Below, piece by piece: positions 43,135-59,882 of a stretch of DNA of 64,000 nt. The notes beneath the pieces were generated by a model, which saw only the letters and a program-made list of their open reading frames with translations, did not search any database and was not told where the DNA came from. The translations under genes and the position numbers were made by a program. Origin of the DNA: Antechinus flavipes (taxonomy: Eukaryota); NCBI RefSeq assembly GCF_016432865.1, contig NC_067400.1, forward strand, positions 2,170,001-2,234,000, read 5' to 3'. The stretch's first letter is position 1; each line of letters starts with the position of its first letter.

Positions 43135-45929
43135 ATTATAGTTTCTTACTTAACCCATTGGCTGTTAGAAATTGAAGCTCAAAATGTGGACTGCTGTGCT
43201 TGAATCTTGGGCTTTCTGCATGTTCTGGCTCAACCAACCCCTCACATTGGAAAGCCCTGTGGTGGGTGCTGAGAAATGCCTTGGAAGAGCTGAAAACGAT
43301 TTCCCCCTAAACAGGGTTTCCTTTGTGAACATCAGAATTTGACTCGGAGCTGAATTTCAAAAACAAAAGATAGCCCTGAACTCCCAGCAAGTATTCGGGC
43401 TGGCAAACCATACAGGGCAGATTCTATTTAACACAACCAAAAATACAAAGGATTCAGCGCCCAAACAGAGTCCAGAATGCTCCTACCCATCTGATTGTCC
43501 CACTAACACCAATATTTTTAAATGGTTAACAGAACTTAAGTCTTACTCTGAGTTTGAGGTCCCCCTAAAAAGGGAAAGAACTCATCGTTGCTAGAGATTG
43601 TCAACCTTCGTTGAGCCCCACCTCTCAGGGATCTGTGGAATTGTCCAGATTTCAAATACTACCTTGATCGGAGTGCTCCCCCTCCTCCCCCCAAACATAA
43701 AAGAGAAAAGCCCTTAGGCCCACTTGAAAGTCAGTCCCTTCCCTTGACCTGCACAGTAGGTTCCAGTGAAGGACATGAGAGAATTTGTCCCTCCTTGTCC
43801 CAGTTCTGTATGATGTTTCATCTTGGTTGCAATTTTCACTTACTATCTCCAGTCCAGAGCCTCCCCTTTCCCGCCTTCCAGACAGATAAGCGCCCAGTCA
43901 CTGCAGCCTCTCATCTCTCTCTCCAGTCTTTGGCTCCTAAGAGTACGCTCAGGAGGCAGAGGTGTCATGGGGGCCATGAGAGGCGAGTCATTTGGGGCTG
44001 GCTCAGTCCCTGCTTCTGCCACTGGGACTTCAGGCAGCGGAAGATGTGGCTCTGAATTTATCTCTGTCATTCACTACCAGTGAGGCCATGAGCACACGAC
44101 ATCACGAAGCTCTCTGAACCTGTTTCCTTATCTGAAAACAGATTAATTAAACTCTCAGGTCTTTCCAGCTTTCTATCTGTACATGACTACTCTGCCTCAG
44201 TTTCTTCATCTGTAAAGCAGAGGTGGGGCTCTTAGCACACATTTATGTAATGCTTTCAAGTTTACGGAGATGATCTCTGCGGCTCCTTCTAGCTCTAGAT
44301 GTATTGATCTCGGCCATAGGACCTCTCGTCCTCGGTTTTCTTATCCATAAAGTGAGGATGAGAGAGAGAAGACTAAATGGCCTCTCCGTCCCTTTTGGCT
44401 CTATCAGTATCCTCTCTATCAATATGATGGGACCAAGCCTCAAACATCCCTCCTTTGCTGCTCTGAGACTGTGATCCGGAAGACTTCAGCTCCTGCCCCT
44501 CTTACAGGATTCCAGAGACCACTGAGCCATGTCTGACTCCTTTTGTTCCATGGCCAACAAAAAGCCCCACGTGGCTCTACCCTGAAAATAAAAGTGCCTT
44601 CTCCAGAGGCCGAGAGATGGAGGGGCCCCCACGGAAGCCGCTGAAGCCTTGTTTGTCCCTCCTGATCAGCAGGTTCTCTTTTGTCCAGGAGAACTGAGAG
44701 CTCTTTGAGGGCCCCTGAGGATGCAGACACTGGGGCCCTGTGAGGGATGCACCATGCCTGAGATGCCCCTGCACACTGAGCTATTCTCTGAGAAATCCAA
44801 GCCGTGGATGGTGGCAGGGGAACAGATCATGGGCTCAGTTTGAACAGAAAAATGAATTTCCAAAGGACAGATTGTTAACTCAGTCCTTTCTGCATGGCAG
44901 GGGAGGCCACTTCTGGACCTTCATAGGGCTGGACCTCTACCTATGGCAGTCCTTTCTCCATTTGTTTGTTCATTCATTCAGCATTAACTCGGTGCAAGGC
45001 CCTATGCGAGGTTACCACAAAATAATGAAAACTGCACAGATTTGGGGGGTGATTTAAGGTCTTAAAAGTGCTTCCTTGTGTCTACATTCTGTATTCTCCC
45101 TATTCTCTGGAGAAAAATAGTAAGACTCAATGAGACCAAGTGACTTTGCCCATGCTCACACAACTACAAAGTAGAGGCAAGACTAGAACCCAGTTCTCTT
45201 GACTCTCCTATCTCAAGATTCCACCCACTTTAAGGATGTTGAAAACTATAAAGTCAGCAAACATTTATTAAGCTCCTACTACATGCCAGGCAATATTCTG
45301 AGAGGGACATAAAAAGAGCAAAAAGACAGTTTCTACTTTCAAGAAGCTCCCAATCTAATGGAAAAGATACCATACACATAAATATATACAGAGCAAATTA
45401 TGGTCAGGAAAAACAATTAATTCCTATAGAAAATAGAGTTTTAATTGAAATTTAAAGGAAGCAAAGGAGCTCAGTATTTTGAGAGAAGGGGGTGGGGGAG
45501 TATTCCAGGCATGGGGGCTGGCCAGAAAGAATGTCTAGAGTCCAGAGATGGGAGGGTCTTGTGTGAGGAACAGATTGGGGTCCCTAGATCAAAGAAGATA
45601 TGGAAGAAGTGAGGTATAAGACTGGAAAGGGAGGAGGTGAGGCAGGTTATGAAAGGACTTAACATTTTATATTTGATCCTGGAGATCAGAGGGAACCCCT
45701 GAGTTTGTTAAGGGTAAGACTTAATTAGACCTGTGCTATAGGAAAAGCACCTCAGGAGCTGAATGAAGACTGGTTTGGAAGAGAGAGAGAGTTGGGTCAG
45801 GCAGCCCCCTCTCCCCAGTATAACAATCCAGGCATGAGCCAATGAAGGTCTGCACCAGGTGGCTGCAGTCAGAGGGAGAGGAAGTGGCGGCTGGAGAGAT
45901 GCTGCAAGAGTGAAACTTACATGAAATCA

Positions 45930-46125
45930 AGGGGAGCTGCTGCAGAGGGGAAACTGACCAGAAATGCTGCAGAGGGGAAACTGACAAGAAATGCTGAAGA
46001 TGGGAAACTGACCAGAAATGCTGCAGAGGGGAAACTGACAAGAAATGCTGAAGAGGGGAAACTGACCAGAAATGCTGCAGAGGGGAAATTGACAAGAAAT
46101 GCTGAAGAGGGGAAACTGACAAGAT
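45930..46125. repeat. 27-bp tandem repeat (GCTGCAGAGGGGAAACTGACCAGAAAT), ~7 copies
   Basis: Direct periodicity (AAEGKLTRN in the ORF track). Confidence 0.92.
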
Positions 46126-46304
46126 ATTGTTGCATAGGTGAAATTGATAGGCTCGGACCCAAAGGTTGAGCCATGTAAAACATTTTCATATTAGTCATTT
46201 CATACAAGAAGACTCCAAGAAAAAAATTAGAAAGAAAATGAAAAATAGCATGCTTCAATCTGGGTACAAACAACACCAGTTCTTTCTCTGGAGATGGACA
46301 GCAT

Positions 46305-47660
46305 TTTTCATCACAGGTCCTTTAGGATCATTTTAGATCATCATATTGCTGAGAATAATTAAATCATTCACAGTTCACCATACAATGTTGCTGTGACTGT
46401 GTACAATATGCTCCTGTTTCTGCTCACTTCACTTTGCATCAGTTCATGTTGTGTCTTTCCAGGTTTTTCTGAAACCATTCTGTTTGTCATTTCTTGTTGC
46501 ACAATAATATTCCATTGCAATAATTTACCACAACTTATTCAGCCATTCCTCAAATGATGGACATGCTCTCAATTTCCAATTCTTAGTTACCACAAAAAGA
46601 GTGGCTAGAAATATTTTTGTTTAAGTAGGTCCTTGCCTCTTTTTGGGGGGAAGGGTGCATTTAGGATATAGACCTACCAGGATGATCAGATCAGTTCACA
46701 ATTCTACCAACAGGGCTTTAGTGTCCCAGTTTTCCATGTCTCCTCCAACATTTATCATTTTCCCTTTTTGTCACATTAGGAAACCTAATAGATATGAGGT
46801 GGTACCTCAGAGTTGTTTTAATTTCCATTTTTTCTAATAGCGATTTAGACCATTTTTTCATATAACTACACATAGTTTTAATTTCTTTGTCTGAAAGTTA
46901 CCTTTTATATTCTTGACCATTTGTCAATTGGGTAATGTCTTGTATTCTTAGAAATCTGACTCAGGACCTGATAAATTAAGGCCTGTATCAGAGATACTTG
47001 CTGCAAAAAAAAAAAAAAAAAAAAAATCCTCTAGCTCTCTTTGTAGTTTTGCTTACATTAGTTTTGTTTGTTTAAAAACCAATAATTAAAATTTTTATTT
47101 TAAATTTTGTAATGTTCTTTATATCTTATTTGGTTTTAATTCTTCCCTTATTAATAGATCTGACAGAGAAACTATTCCATGCTCTTCTAATTTGCTTAAG
47201 ATAGCTATCATCCTTCATGACTAAATCATGTACCAATTTGGACCTTATCTTGGAGTAGAATGTTAATTGTTGGTCTATACCTAGTTTCTGCCATATTGTT
47301 TTCTAGTTTTTCCAGGACTTTTTGTCAGATATGTTTTTGTTTCCACAACTAGGATTTTTATGTTTATTAAACAGTAAGTTATTAGGCTCCTTTCTTCAAT
47401 ATATCATGTAACTAATCTATCCCACTTAGCCACCACTCTGTTTCTTAGCCAGTATCAGATTTGTTTGATGATTATTACTTTATCATACAGAAACCCACTA
47501 CAATTAGGCCACCTTCCTTCACATTTTTTTCCCATTGGCTCCCTTATATTCTTGATCTTTTGTTCTTCTAGTTAAATTTTGTTATTATCTTTTCTCAACT
47601 CTATAAAATAACTTTTGGTAGTTAGATTGGTATGGTATGAATAAGCAGATTAATTTTGAT
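46305..47660 (-). mobile_element. L1 fragment (ORF2 3' region and 3'UTR)
   Basis: AT-rich sequence with antisense L1-like phrases such as TTTCCAATTCTTAGTTACCACAAAAAGAG and GAGGTGGTACCTCAGAGTTGTTTTAATTT, from recollection. Confidence 0.65.
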
Positions 47661-47689
47661 TGAATTGTCACTTTTCTTATATTGACTTG

Positions 47690-48000
47690 GCCCACCCATG
47701 CCTGCTCATCAAATTTGCTGGTGACCGAGACATGGGAAGGATAATTAATATAGTGAATGACAGAATCAGGAAACAAAAAGGTCTTGACTGGATAGGAAAT
47801 CCAGTGACAGAAATTGGCAAGAGTAAATACTCCCGGGTTAAAACAACAACAACAACAACCTCATAAGTTGGCTTGCAGGTCATCTGAAAAAGATTTGCCA
47901 ATTTTAATGAACCACAAGTTCTGTGGGAGTCAGCCATGTGAGGTGGTTAATTTGATTTGGGGCTGCATTAAGAAAGGCATCACATCTAGAAATAATTTAG
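47690..48000 (+). mobile_element. CR1/L3 RT fragment
   Basis: Translates as KFAGDRDMGRIINIVNDRIRKQKGLD, a degenerate KFADDTKLGG...DRIRIQxDLD motif. Confidence 0.65.
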
Positions 48001-48724
48001 TTTATATCATCACAAATGAGCTTTACTGTAGGAAGTAATCTTCCTCCTCCTGCCCAGATGATGCTCTCTCACACTCCACAGAGCTGCTATTCTCAATCTT
48101 CTCTTCTGGCCTCCCACACCTGTCCTGCCTTTTCTTCCACCTTCACCCATCTCCTAAAATCAGCTAAAAAGAAATCCTCCCTCAACCTTGCCTACCTCCT
48201 CCTTCAGCTCCTCATCCCTCAGACCTGACATTGAAATGGTTTTCTCGGTGGGCTGCCTTCAGCCTCTGATCTCCCTCTCTTGAGGCCATCTCCACCACTA
48301 CCCTTCATGGGCTGTCACAGTCAGCACTCCCCTCTAGACTGGAAGCCGGTACCGAATGAATACTTGTTGCCAGGCGTGGTACAAAATCAGCCTCCAGAGT
48401 CCCGGATGTAAATTAGGATTCCTAGATATAAATAGGAACCTCTTTTCTTAAGTTGTTTATTTGTGCCTTGCAACATGTTTCTTTTGTTTGTTACCCAATA
48501 AAAGCAGAGGAGGAGCTGAGCTGGGGAGCTGAAGCCACTGAAAGAGCCCTGCTCCCACTCTGGTGCCGGTATTTCTGGTCAAGCACTTATTCTCTCAGTG
48601 TTTGTCCTTTCTCGCCCCCCAGCCCCACCAGGATTAAAAAAGCTTTGACTGGAGAAATTGGAGGAGCTTTGGGTCTCACCTCGAGGTTTGATCACTGACT
48701 TGCCTCTAGTGGGAGCCAGAGGAA

Positions 48725-48905
48725 CGCTGGTAAGTGTTTAACAACTCTCCCAAAGAATTGCGGGACATACTTTTAAGCTTAATCTGTATTACCAATGTTT
48801 TCTCCAATACCTTGTCCTGATAATCAATAACTCAAGGAAACAGGTTCTGATTTATAGTATTTGCCAATTTCTGAGATGTAAATGATCACAAGGAATAAGT
48901 TCCAA
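48725..48905. mobile_element. Probable old hAT-type DNA-transposon fragment; related fragment at ~61430-61620
   Basis: Shared TTAAG(C/T)TTAATCTG(T/C)ATT...TTTTCTCCAA...GATTT core in both places; family assignment from memory only. Confidence 0.4.
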
Positions 48906-49524
48906 ATGTTAAGAAGCTGACCCACACAAGGAAGTCTCTCCAGGGGTACTGAAGTCTACCGAGGTACTTCTGGAGCATCCTTACTTTTAAGCATTTAGGA
49001 AGGTTCTACCGAGAAGGAGGAAAGGAGAGGAAAATAGGATGTGTTGAGGGTCTTCTGCACCAAAGGATTCTCAGAGCAGAGGCTTCACTAGCTGGCCATA
49101 TCTATTGATCAGAATTGTGCTGGCAGACCCCCAAACCAGGTAGGGATAGCTTGTAAGGAAATTGCTATGAAGGTTTTAAGTCTGTCATCAGCCCCACCCA
49201 GACCTCCCCCTCCCCAAAGATGACACAGTCTCCAAAGCAGCCAGCTCTGTCTGTCATGCATCAGCCTTCCTATTGCCTGGAGCTTGGGGCTACTCAGGAG
49301 GAGTTGAGCCAGCAAAATCCACACCCCTCCTTCCTGACTGCCATTCCAGTCAGTCAGCATTTATTAAAACCAGATCCAGTCAATTTGAATCAATTATATT
49401 CTACCAGCATTGATTCAGCACTTTCCGTGTGTCAGGCCTTGTTCTAGATGCTAGGGATACAAGGACACAGGCGAGGAACTTGCTCTATAGCACACAGCTG
49501 GTTGGTTGTCAGAGCCAAGGTGGT

Positions 49525-49585
49525 GATGATAATGATGATGATGATGATGATGGTGATGATGGTGCTGCTGCTGCTGCTGATGATG
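49525..49585. repeat. (GAT)n/(GCT)n trinucleotide microsatellite
   Basis: Direct observation. Confidence 0.9.
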
Positions 49586-50131
49586 ACAAAGGCTAATGTG
49601 TATGGATATTTACATAGGGTGAGAGAGAAGGAAGGAGGGAGGGGACCAGAAGAAGAAGTAGCTGGATTTTTCCCCCTGAGGGTCACAAGGGAAGATCCCT
49701 TTGTTTCTTGCTTCTCTAACTCCTGTTTTTCTCTACATGACACACATGAGCATCATCTCATCCCTGTCTCATGGGGCTGGTTCCTTGTTCATCCAAATAA
49801 GCTCACATCCCTGTCATTAGGAATAGAGCAAAAGTGAAAAACAAATGCCAGATGTCTGAAAACAATGAACTTATCTTGCCTCCCAGCCTGGAAATTTGGT
49901 GTCAGGCCCAAGGTCTCATATTGTGAGAATGAAATGGGAGCGCCCGTGGCCAGATGGGAAGGCTGGGAGTTGGCGGCCCCAGAGTCCAAGGGACCCACAG
50001 AGCAGCCCTTTGTCTTCCCTCTGGGGAACAGCTGTGAGGAAGAATGAAAAGGGGAGGGTAGAAGAGAGCCCTGTTCTCCATCAAACACACGAGCAGGAGG
50101 AGACAGACCCGGTGGTGGGTCTGTCAGAGCT

Positions 50132-50224
50132 TATAAAGGTGGGGGCTGAGCCTGCCCTACGACCAGCTTCTCGAACTGAGCACTTGGGCAGCACCTTCCA
50201 GAAGCAGCCTGTGGACCAGCTTGG
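50132..50224 (+). promoter_or_regulatory. APOD: APOD TATA box and non-coding exon 1
   Basis: TATAAA at 50132-50137 followed ~90 nt later by donor TGG|GTGAGC (50225). The next exon has an acceptor at 51833 and a 33-nt UTR, matching the known APOD layout. Confidence 0.65.
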
Positions 50225-51866
50225 GTGAGCAGGACGGGGGAGAGCCCGAGGCCTCAGTGTTTGTCTCCCTTTTCTTTCCCAAGAGACCGTCCCCAGTGTT
50301 AGTCTTAGCTAGCTATGGGACCCCTGGGTCCTGGTGCACTGTTCTGGCCGTCGGGACGGGGATTATGGAGGAAAAGCACAGCTTGGGGGCAAAAGCTGTG
50401 GATCTGGCTGTGGGTGAGGGTTTGCACCAGGACAAAGGCAGGGGCCGAGGGGAGAAGGACATGTATTAGAGAGACGTCACTCTCTAATGCTGTCATAGGG
50501 CTTTGGCAGTAGCTCGGCTTTGGGGGTGAGGGAGTGTCTGAGAACTCCAGCAGTCCAAGAAGACTCCAGAGTTGGGAGCCTGGGGGGCTGGGAAGGGCAG
50601 CACCAGGGGCCTTTGGAAAAGGGAGGCTGAGAGTGCCTTTCGGGGCCCAAGGCCGCCCAGAGACGAAGGAAGAGGACTGGGAAGGCCACTGGTTTTGGCC
50701 ACTAAAAGCTCACTGGCCACACTTTGGGTGGGGAGAGGAAGCAAAGGGAGGAGAGAGGAAGAACGCTGGCCAACAGGGGGAGAAGGATCAAAGAAGGGGA
50801 GACTTGGGCAAGTTCATGAGCAGAGAGTAGAGAAGCCCCTCCTCTTCCCTGAGCCTCAGTTTTCCCATTTGTTAAATGAGAGACTAGGTGGCCTTGGAGG
50901 TCCCTTCCAGCCTGAGGCTGTGAATCCCTAACCCTAAATTCCCAGCAGCCCCTGCCCTGCCCAGTGATAGCATGGGTCGGGGAGAGTCCAGACTAGGAAT
51001 TAATTACCTTGAGGAAGCATGACAGGAAAAAGGAAATGGTGAGGCTGGAAAAGGGCAGCCTGCCTCCCTCCCCATCAGGGCACTCCCAGCTCACCAGTGC
51101 CAAAGAGCTCGGCTTCTTGATCCCCCCCACCTCACTCCCATGAGCTCTGTCAGGGCCAGGGCTGTCTTTGGCTTCTTTTTGTATCTCCTGTGCTTAGCTT
51201 GGTCCCTGGCGCGCAGTAGGTACTTAATAAAAGCTGACTATTTAAAGAGGTGCAGAGCTGCAGGGACCCCTCCACCCGGCCCCTGAGCTGGACTGTGCTC
51301 CCCAAACAAATGACCTGGGCCCGGGGAAGGCAGGGGACAGCACTCAGGTCCTCGGGAGCACGGCGAGGACCATGGCGCTGGTTCTGGGTGAATGTTGCTG
51401 GCTGGAGGAAGGCGCCCTGGGCCTGTCCAGCTCGGAAGGTTCCTAGACTTGGGAGACTTTGGTCTTTGGTGGTCACCTGGGTCGCGCTCCCGCCATCCAT
51501 AGGCGATGGCCCCTGCACCAGCACTGCCCCCCCCCCCCCGCCCCCAGCCCCAGAGAGCCCCTCAGGCCACCGGTCAGTGCTACCTCTGGGGCCTTGCTAG
51601 GAGATGCAGTGCGGGAGACAGGCCGGCCGCAGGCTGAGGGGCTGGGCTTTCTCTCTGTCCTCTCCATCCCTCGTCCTCTGTCCTCCGCCTTCCGTCCTCC
51701 ATCCTCTATCCTCCATTTGCTGTCTTCCAGCCTCCAGCCTCTGATCTCCATCCTCCATCCTCCCAAGGGCCTCCACTGCTCCCCTCGCCTCAGCAGGTGC
51801 AGTTTGGCTCATTGCCTGTGGGTCTCCCCTCAGGCCTGGCCCTTTCTGGAACCGCCCTGAGCCAAG

Positions 51867-54667
<2,801 letters not shown>

Positions 54668-55103
54668 AAAGCCCCCGGGCCGCCAGCCCCCACCTCCCTG
54701 GGCCACCAGCTTGCTCCAGCCCGGCTGCCCTGGGGCACCGCCCCTGCCTCTGGCTTTGCTCTTTGGAAAGAAAGCAGCAGCCGGGAAGCTGGGCCCAATC
54801 CCCGGCCTCTCTGGCTCCAGGGAGCTGGGATCCATGGGGAGGGGGAGCCTTTGGGAAACGTGGCCTAGAAACCTGGCTTTGTCCCCCTCCTCCCCCCAAG
54901 ATCACTAACGTCCCCCAGCACTCGCAGCAGCCCCGCCCCCGGGCCAGAGCCCGGCCTCCCTGATGCGGCCCAGGAGGAGAAAAAGCCGGGCGCCCCCCCA
55001 TCCCCCCCCTGGGCCCCCCCCTCGCCTCTCCCTCCCCCTCCCCCCGGCCTCCCTCAGCCTCCCCAGCGAGGGCACCAGAAGCCGCGTGCTTAGCAAGGCT
55101 GCC

Positions 55104-55109
55104 AATAAA
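55104..55109 (+). terminator. APOD polyadenylation signal AATAAA
   Basis: First canonical hexamer downstream of the APOD stop. Confidence 0.65.
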
Positions 55110-56252
55110 ACCTCCAGGGTCAGCCTTAACCCGCCTGGTTCCTGGGCTCTGCTGAGGGAGGCGGGTTCTGGGGCCCTTCACCCCCCGCCCCTCGGGCTCC
55201 CTCTGGGCTTCATGTTGGGGGCTGGCTCCCCAGCCCCTTCCGACCCCGCCCCGAAGAGCGGCTGCAGCCTCCGATCTGTCCGGTGGGCACATTCCCATCC
55301 CAGCAGGCGGGAGAACTCCAGGGAGCGCAGGGGAAGCCAGCGCACAACGCTCGGAGCCGCCGCTCTCCCTGCCAGAGCCTGGGAAGAGCCTTCTCCGGCG
55401 CTGGCTCCGAGCGTCCCGGCGCTGTCCAGGGCACCACCGGCTCTCCGACCCCCCCCCCCCTGCTCTCCCCCCTCCCCAGGGCCCACAGCCCCCTCTGGGC
55501 CTCAGCCCCCCCCCCCCCCAGCTTCCACACTGCCCGGCCCCCAATCCAAAGTCCTCCGTGCTCCCTCTTGCCTCTGGGACAAAAGCCAGCGCCCCCTCTG
55601 GCCCCTCCGGGGGCTCACCTGTCCTGGACGGCTTCCCATCACCCCCTGGGCGCGCTCCGTCCCCACCAAACTGGCCCCGAGTGACAGCCGCCTGTGCCCG
55701 GGCCGGGCTCTGCCCTCGGGTGCCCAGCTTTGGTCCCCTGGGGGCGCCTTTCCTGGCCTGAGGAGCTCCGCCTGCTGCGCGGAGGAGGGGCAGAGAGGCC
55801 TGTGGGGGCGCAAGGACCCTCCTCTGCCTAGGAGCCTGCCCGCCGTGCGCATTAACAGGACAGGAAGATGGACGGCGCCCAGGTCCAGCCCCAGCCTGGG
55901 GCCCCAGAACTTCCATCCTCCCTCAGTTCTGTGGCATCTCATTCAGTCCAGGATGGAAACCTGGGGATAATGACAACTTATGGAGCCAAAGGCTCCACCC
56001 CATCCCACTAAGGTTTCTTCCTATCTTTCTGGGACCCAAAGAACCCCAGGCTCCCTTTGTAGCTGCGAGAACAGGGCCTGCAGCAAAGCTCCTCCCGGCA
56101 ATTATGGCAAAGGTCTCTCTGAGCTCCCTGCTCCCCAGAGGCAGCCCCTCCGTCTCCTCCAGATCTGAAACTCCAGGGGGGCAGGGGCTTCCCAGAAGCA
56201 CCTGCAGAGGAAGCCGAGAGACTGCATTCTACAGCCAAATTAATCTTGCTAA

Positions 56253-56571
56253 NNNNNNNNNNNNNNNNNNNNNNNNNNNNNNNNNNNNNNNNNNNNNNNN
56301 NNNNNNNNNNNNNNNNNNNNNNNNNNNNNNNNNNNNNNNNNNNNNNNNNNNNNNNNNNNNNNNNNNNNNNNNNNNNNNNNNNNNNNNNNNNNNNNNNNNN
56401 NNNNNNNNNNNNNNNNNNNNNNNNNNNNNNNNNNNNNNNNNNNNNNNNNNNNNNNNNNNNNNNNNNNNNNNNNNNNNNNNNNNNNNNNNNNNNNNNNNNN
56501 NNNNNNNNNNNNNNNNNNNNNNNNNNNNNNNNNNNNNNNNNNNNNNNNNNNNNNNNNNNNNNNNNNNNNNN
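56253..56571. other. Assembly gap (319 N)
   Basis: Run of n characters. Confidence 1.
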
Positions 56572-58243
56572 GTCTAGGATCAAATTTCAAATCCTCTATT
56601 TGGGTTTAACCCCCTCCAAACCCTGTCTCCCTCCCGTCCACATTTTCCAATCTTCTTGTACCTTTCTCAACCTTCTTTACACCTTTTGCCTCACCCAGAC
56701 TCTTCGATCGGTGACCTCCGGGCTCCTCCGTGTACCTTGACCCTGCTCAGACCCAGGCATCTCCCCTGACTCTCCCCCAGTTGGAAGGTGCCCCTTCCCC
56801 TTCTCTGCCTCCTGGTCCCCGGCTCCCAGGTCCCGGGTGAAAGCTCGCCTTCTGCAGGAAGCCCAATCCCCATTAGTACCAGTGTCTTCCCCTTGTTGGT
56901 CATTTCCAGATCAGCCCGTCTCTAGTTTGCCTGAGCTGTTTGCTTATGGTCTCCCTCATTTGAGAGGTTCCTGGAGAACAGGGACTGTCTCTTGCCTTCT
57001 TTAATACGGTGCCTGACACATGGTAAGTCCTTAATAAACATTTAACTGAAAACTAAGGCGGGCCGTCCCAAGGATAGTCAAGCACCACAAACAAGAAAAT
57101 GGAAAAGGGTTTTTTGGCAAAATCATTTGCAAAAATCGCTACAACAAACTTTTCTTCACCACAGACCCACCTATGGACCCCGATAACACTAAAGAGAACA
57201 ATGGTAGGGAAGACCACCCACCCGGATCAAAATTCTTCAGAGAAGACCTCTGGGGTGGGGGAGAGGCCCTCAGAAGGCTAGCTGAGGTAGCTGAGGGAGG
57301 AAGGACACTAAAGATGGGGGAGAACCCAACTGGGATCTTAATATTTTTTTTAAAGTGTTCAGGAGACCATGCTCAGCTACCTATCTCCCTGCTTTCCTGT
57401 CTTTTTTATGTATCCACATACATGAATCAAGGACCTCCTCAATAAGGGTGAGTAGGAAACAGGGTTGAGAAGGACCTCCAGCATGCCGGCAGCAGGCAGA
57501 ACACTCTATCCGTGCTCTGAGCTGGGAGCACCATTGGCCAGGCTGCCATTATACCTACAATATGGTGCTACTGAGTCACCAGGTGTCAAGGAGAGGCTTG
57601 GGGCCATTTTCCTAAGGGTGGAGGGGAGCCACAAAGAACATCAATCAGGGACAGAAAAGTATCTGGGGTGGGGATCTGATCAGAAGTGCCTAAGGGCGTG
57701 ATCTCTCCTATATAAAGCTCCCTCTCTATAGTCCCCGCCCTTCTATTAACTACGGGACTGACACGCCCTGTCCTGAAAAGAACCCAAGAAAAAGATCTGC
57801 TGCTGGCTTAGAATTGGCCCCTGGGGTGGGCTGCCCTGCCTTCTGATGAGGATGCCCGACAGAGGGCCAGGAGCTGGCACAAAATTGGAAACCCTGGGAT
57901 TGGGGCACGTGTGGCCACATTTGGACCACCCTCCTTACACCAGCCCCCGGAGTCAGAATAAATTCCATTCTCTACTTATGGCTTAAAAGAAAAGAAGAAA
58001 CTTTTGCAGCAACAACCCCTTCCCCACCCCGCCAGAGACAAAACTAATGAAAGCAAGGCAACACACACAACCATAGCAGTACTTGGCCCGCTCCCGCTGG
58101 CCTGAGCGGAAATGTGTCAGGACCTAGGAGAGCAGCCTTTTATTTTGGACGCTTCACAAGGACACTCAAAGGGCATTTAGGAAGGAGGGAACTGACAGTG
58201 GCCCCCATCCCCGCTCAGAGATGACTCTTGGGTCCTGGTATAA

Positions 58244-58622
58244 TGCTGAAGAAACTGAGCAAGACAAGAGATTAGAGAGTAATTCAATAGTTTATTAAAT
58301 GGAGAGAAATACTGGGACCAAAGGATCCATGTTTGATCCCAGGGCTGGACGAGACTATCATCTCAAAGAGTCGGGACAGCAAGCTTTTTATAGAATAACA
58401 AGAACAATGACATAGTGGGGGAGGCACCTAGATGGGGATAACCTAATGGTGGGGGAGGTTACTGATATTCTAATGACATCTAAACCTTTATCTTGTCAAA
58501 CATTAAGAAGGAATGTCTATAACCTAAAGATATAAAACCTTTATCTCAAACATTAAGAGGGAAAAGTTATAACCTGAGACAGAATAACTAAATAGGACAA
58601 TTGGAGACACTGGGTCACGACA
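58244..58622 (-). mobile_element. Solo LTR, 379 bp
   Basis: TG...CA termini; minus-strand TATAAAAAG (58392-58384) and AATAAA (58296-58291); near-perfect 6-bp TSD GTATAA/TTATAA. Confidence 0.75.
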
Positions 58623-59269
58623 TTATAAAGGGAACTTGGGTACAACACCAGGTGACCCTAATAAGCCTTGTTGATGACAGGACTTGAAATGGGAAAATGG
58701 GACCTGACGTCAAACTTCTTCCCTGAGCTCTCAGAACTGGTGGTTGTTTACCATTTTGATAATTATATTTTGCCATACTTGGTTTTCTTTTTAATCTCAT
58801 AGATTTTATTTTATGTTGAACAACATGATTCTGAAAAGGGCCCAGAGATTTCAGCAGCTTGATAGCCCAAGGGGTCTAGGATACAGAAAAGGTTCAGAAT
58901 TCCTGATAACTTAAATAACGTTTTAAAAAGAGGAACGGGACCATTGCCAGACAGGCAATGAGAAATCAGTTCCAACAGCCCCGAAAGGGAAAGACTGCCA
59001 CATGTTTGAGTTTCCAGGTGAGCTTAGGTATTAGCTGTTCTCCAGAATGCATTTCCAATCTCTTGCCATTCCCCCCCCCCCCCCCCCCCCGCCCCCTCTC
59101 CACACACCTACACCAGATAGACATAGAACAGAATCCTTTCCTCTTTGAAGGCTCAGCTCAGGGGCTTCTCCGGAAGCCTGTTCTGACTCCCCTCCATGGA
59201 AATCTCACCTTCACTTCATCATCATCTTTCTGCCATTATGTTTTTGCAAAGATCTCAGACTGCATCGAA

Positions 59270-59430
59270 AACATTTCAGCAGAAATGAAGCAAGGATGCT
59301 CTCAGAGTCTCTCTGAAGAACTTGGGAATTGTGAGGTATGGGAGACAGTGTGGTCCAGGACCACCCAACAAGGCACCTGCGTCAAAGAAGGGAAAGCAAA
59401 ACTACAGCAGCTCAAAAAACAAACTTTGAA
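59270..59430 (+). mobile_element. RTE LINE 3' fragment
   Basis: Degenerate KDxLxVSLKNLGI..VWET...D.P motif; ~85% similar by eye to 60375-60535. Confidence 0.65.
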
Positions 59431-59774
59431 GTACCATTTAAATGTGAGCTACAAGTACTGTTTCTTGAAAAGAATTCACCAAACCCTAGCTTTGGGAGCC
59501 CGAAGGGACCTCTGCTGATTTTCTAGGGGAACAGTATTTCTCTGCTGATTTACGGTTTGCAAGGAGCTTTTGGTAGGAGGGTCATCTTACCTGACCCTCA
59601 CAATGACCTAGTGAGAGTGTGCCCTCAATGCAGGCTCTGAGGCTGAGATACAACAGAGTAGGGAGCGATACTCTACCCCTTGTGCTAATTTTGGCCTAAC
59701 AATCAACCCCCAAAAGACATCAGTCAGCACAATCCCCTCCCCCCTTCTATATATGGAAGCATTTTGGTTTTTGA

Positions 59775-59882
59775 GGCAATTGTGGTTAAGTGACTAGTTA
59801 GTTCGTGTTAAGTGTCTGAGCCTGGATTTGGACTCGGGTCCTCCTGACTCCAGTGCTCTATCCACTGGACCACCTAGTAACC
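59775..59882 (-). mobile_element. Marsupial-type core-SINE
   Basis: Reverse strand CTAGGTGGTCCAGTGGATAGAGCACTGGAGTCAGGAGGACCCGAGTCCAAATCC...AGACACTTAAC. Confidence 0.75.

Noticed and set aside
56008-56740. ORFs spanning X runs (also 946-1725)
   Set aside because: Open only because they read through N gaps.
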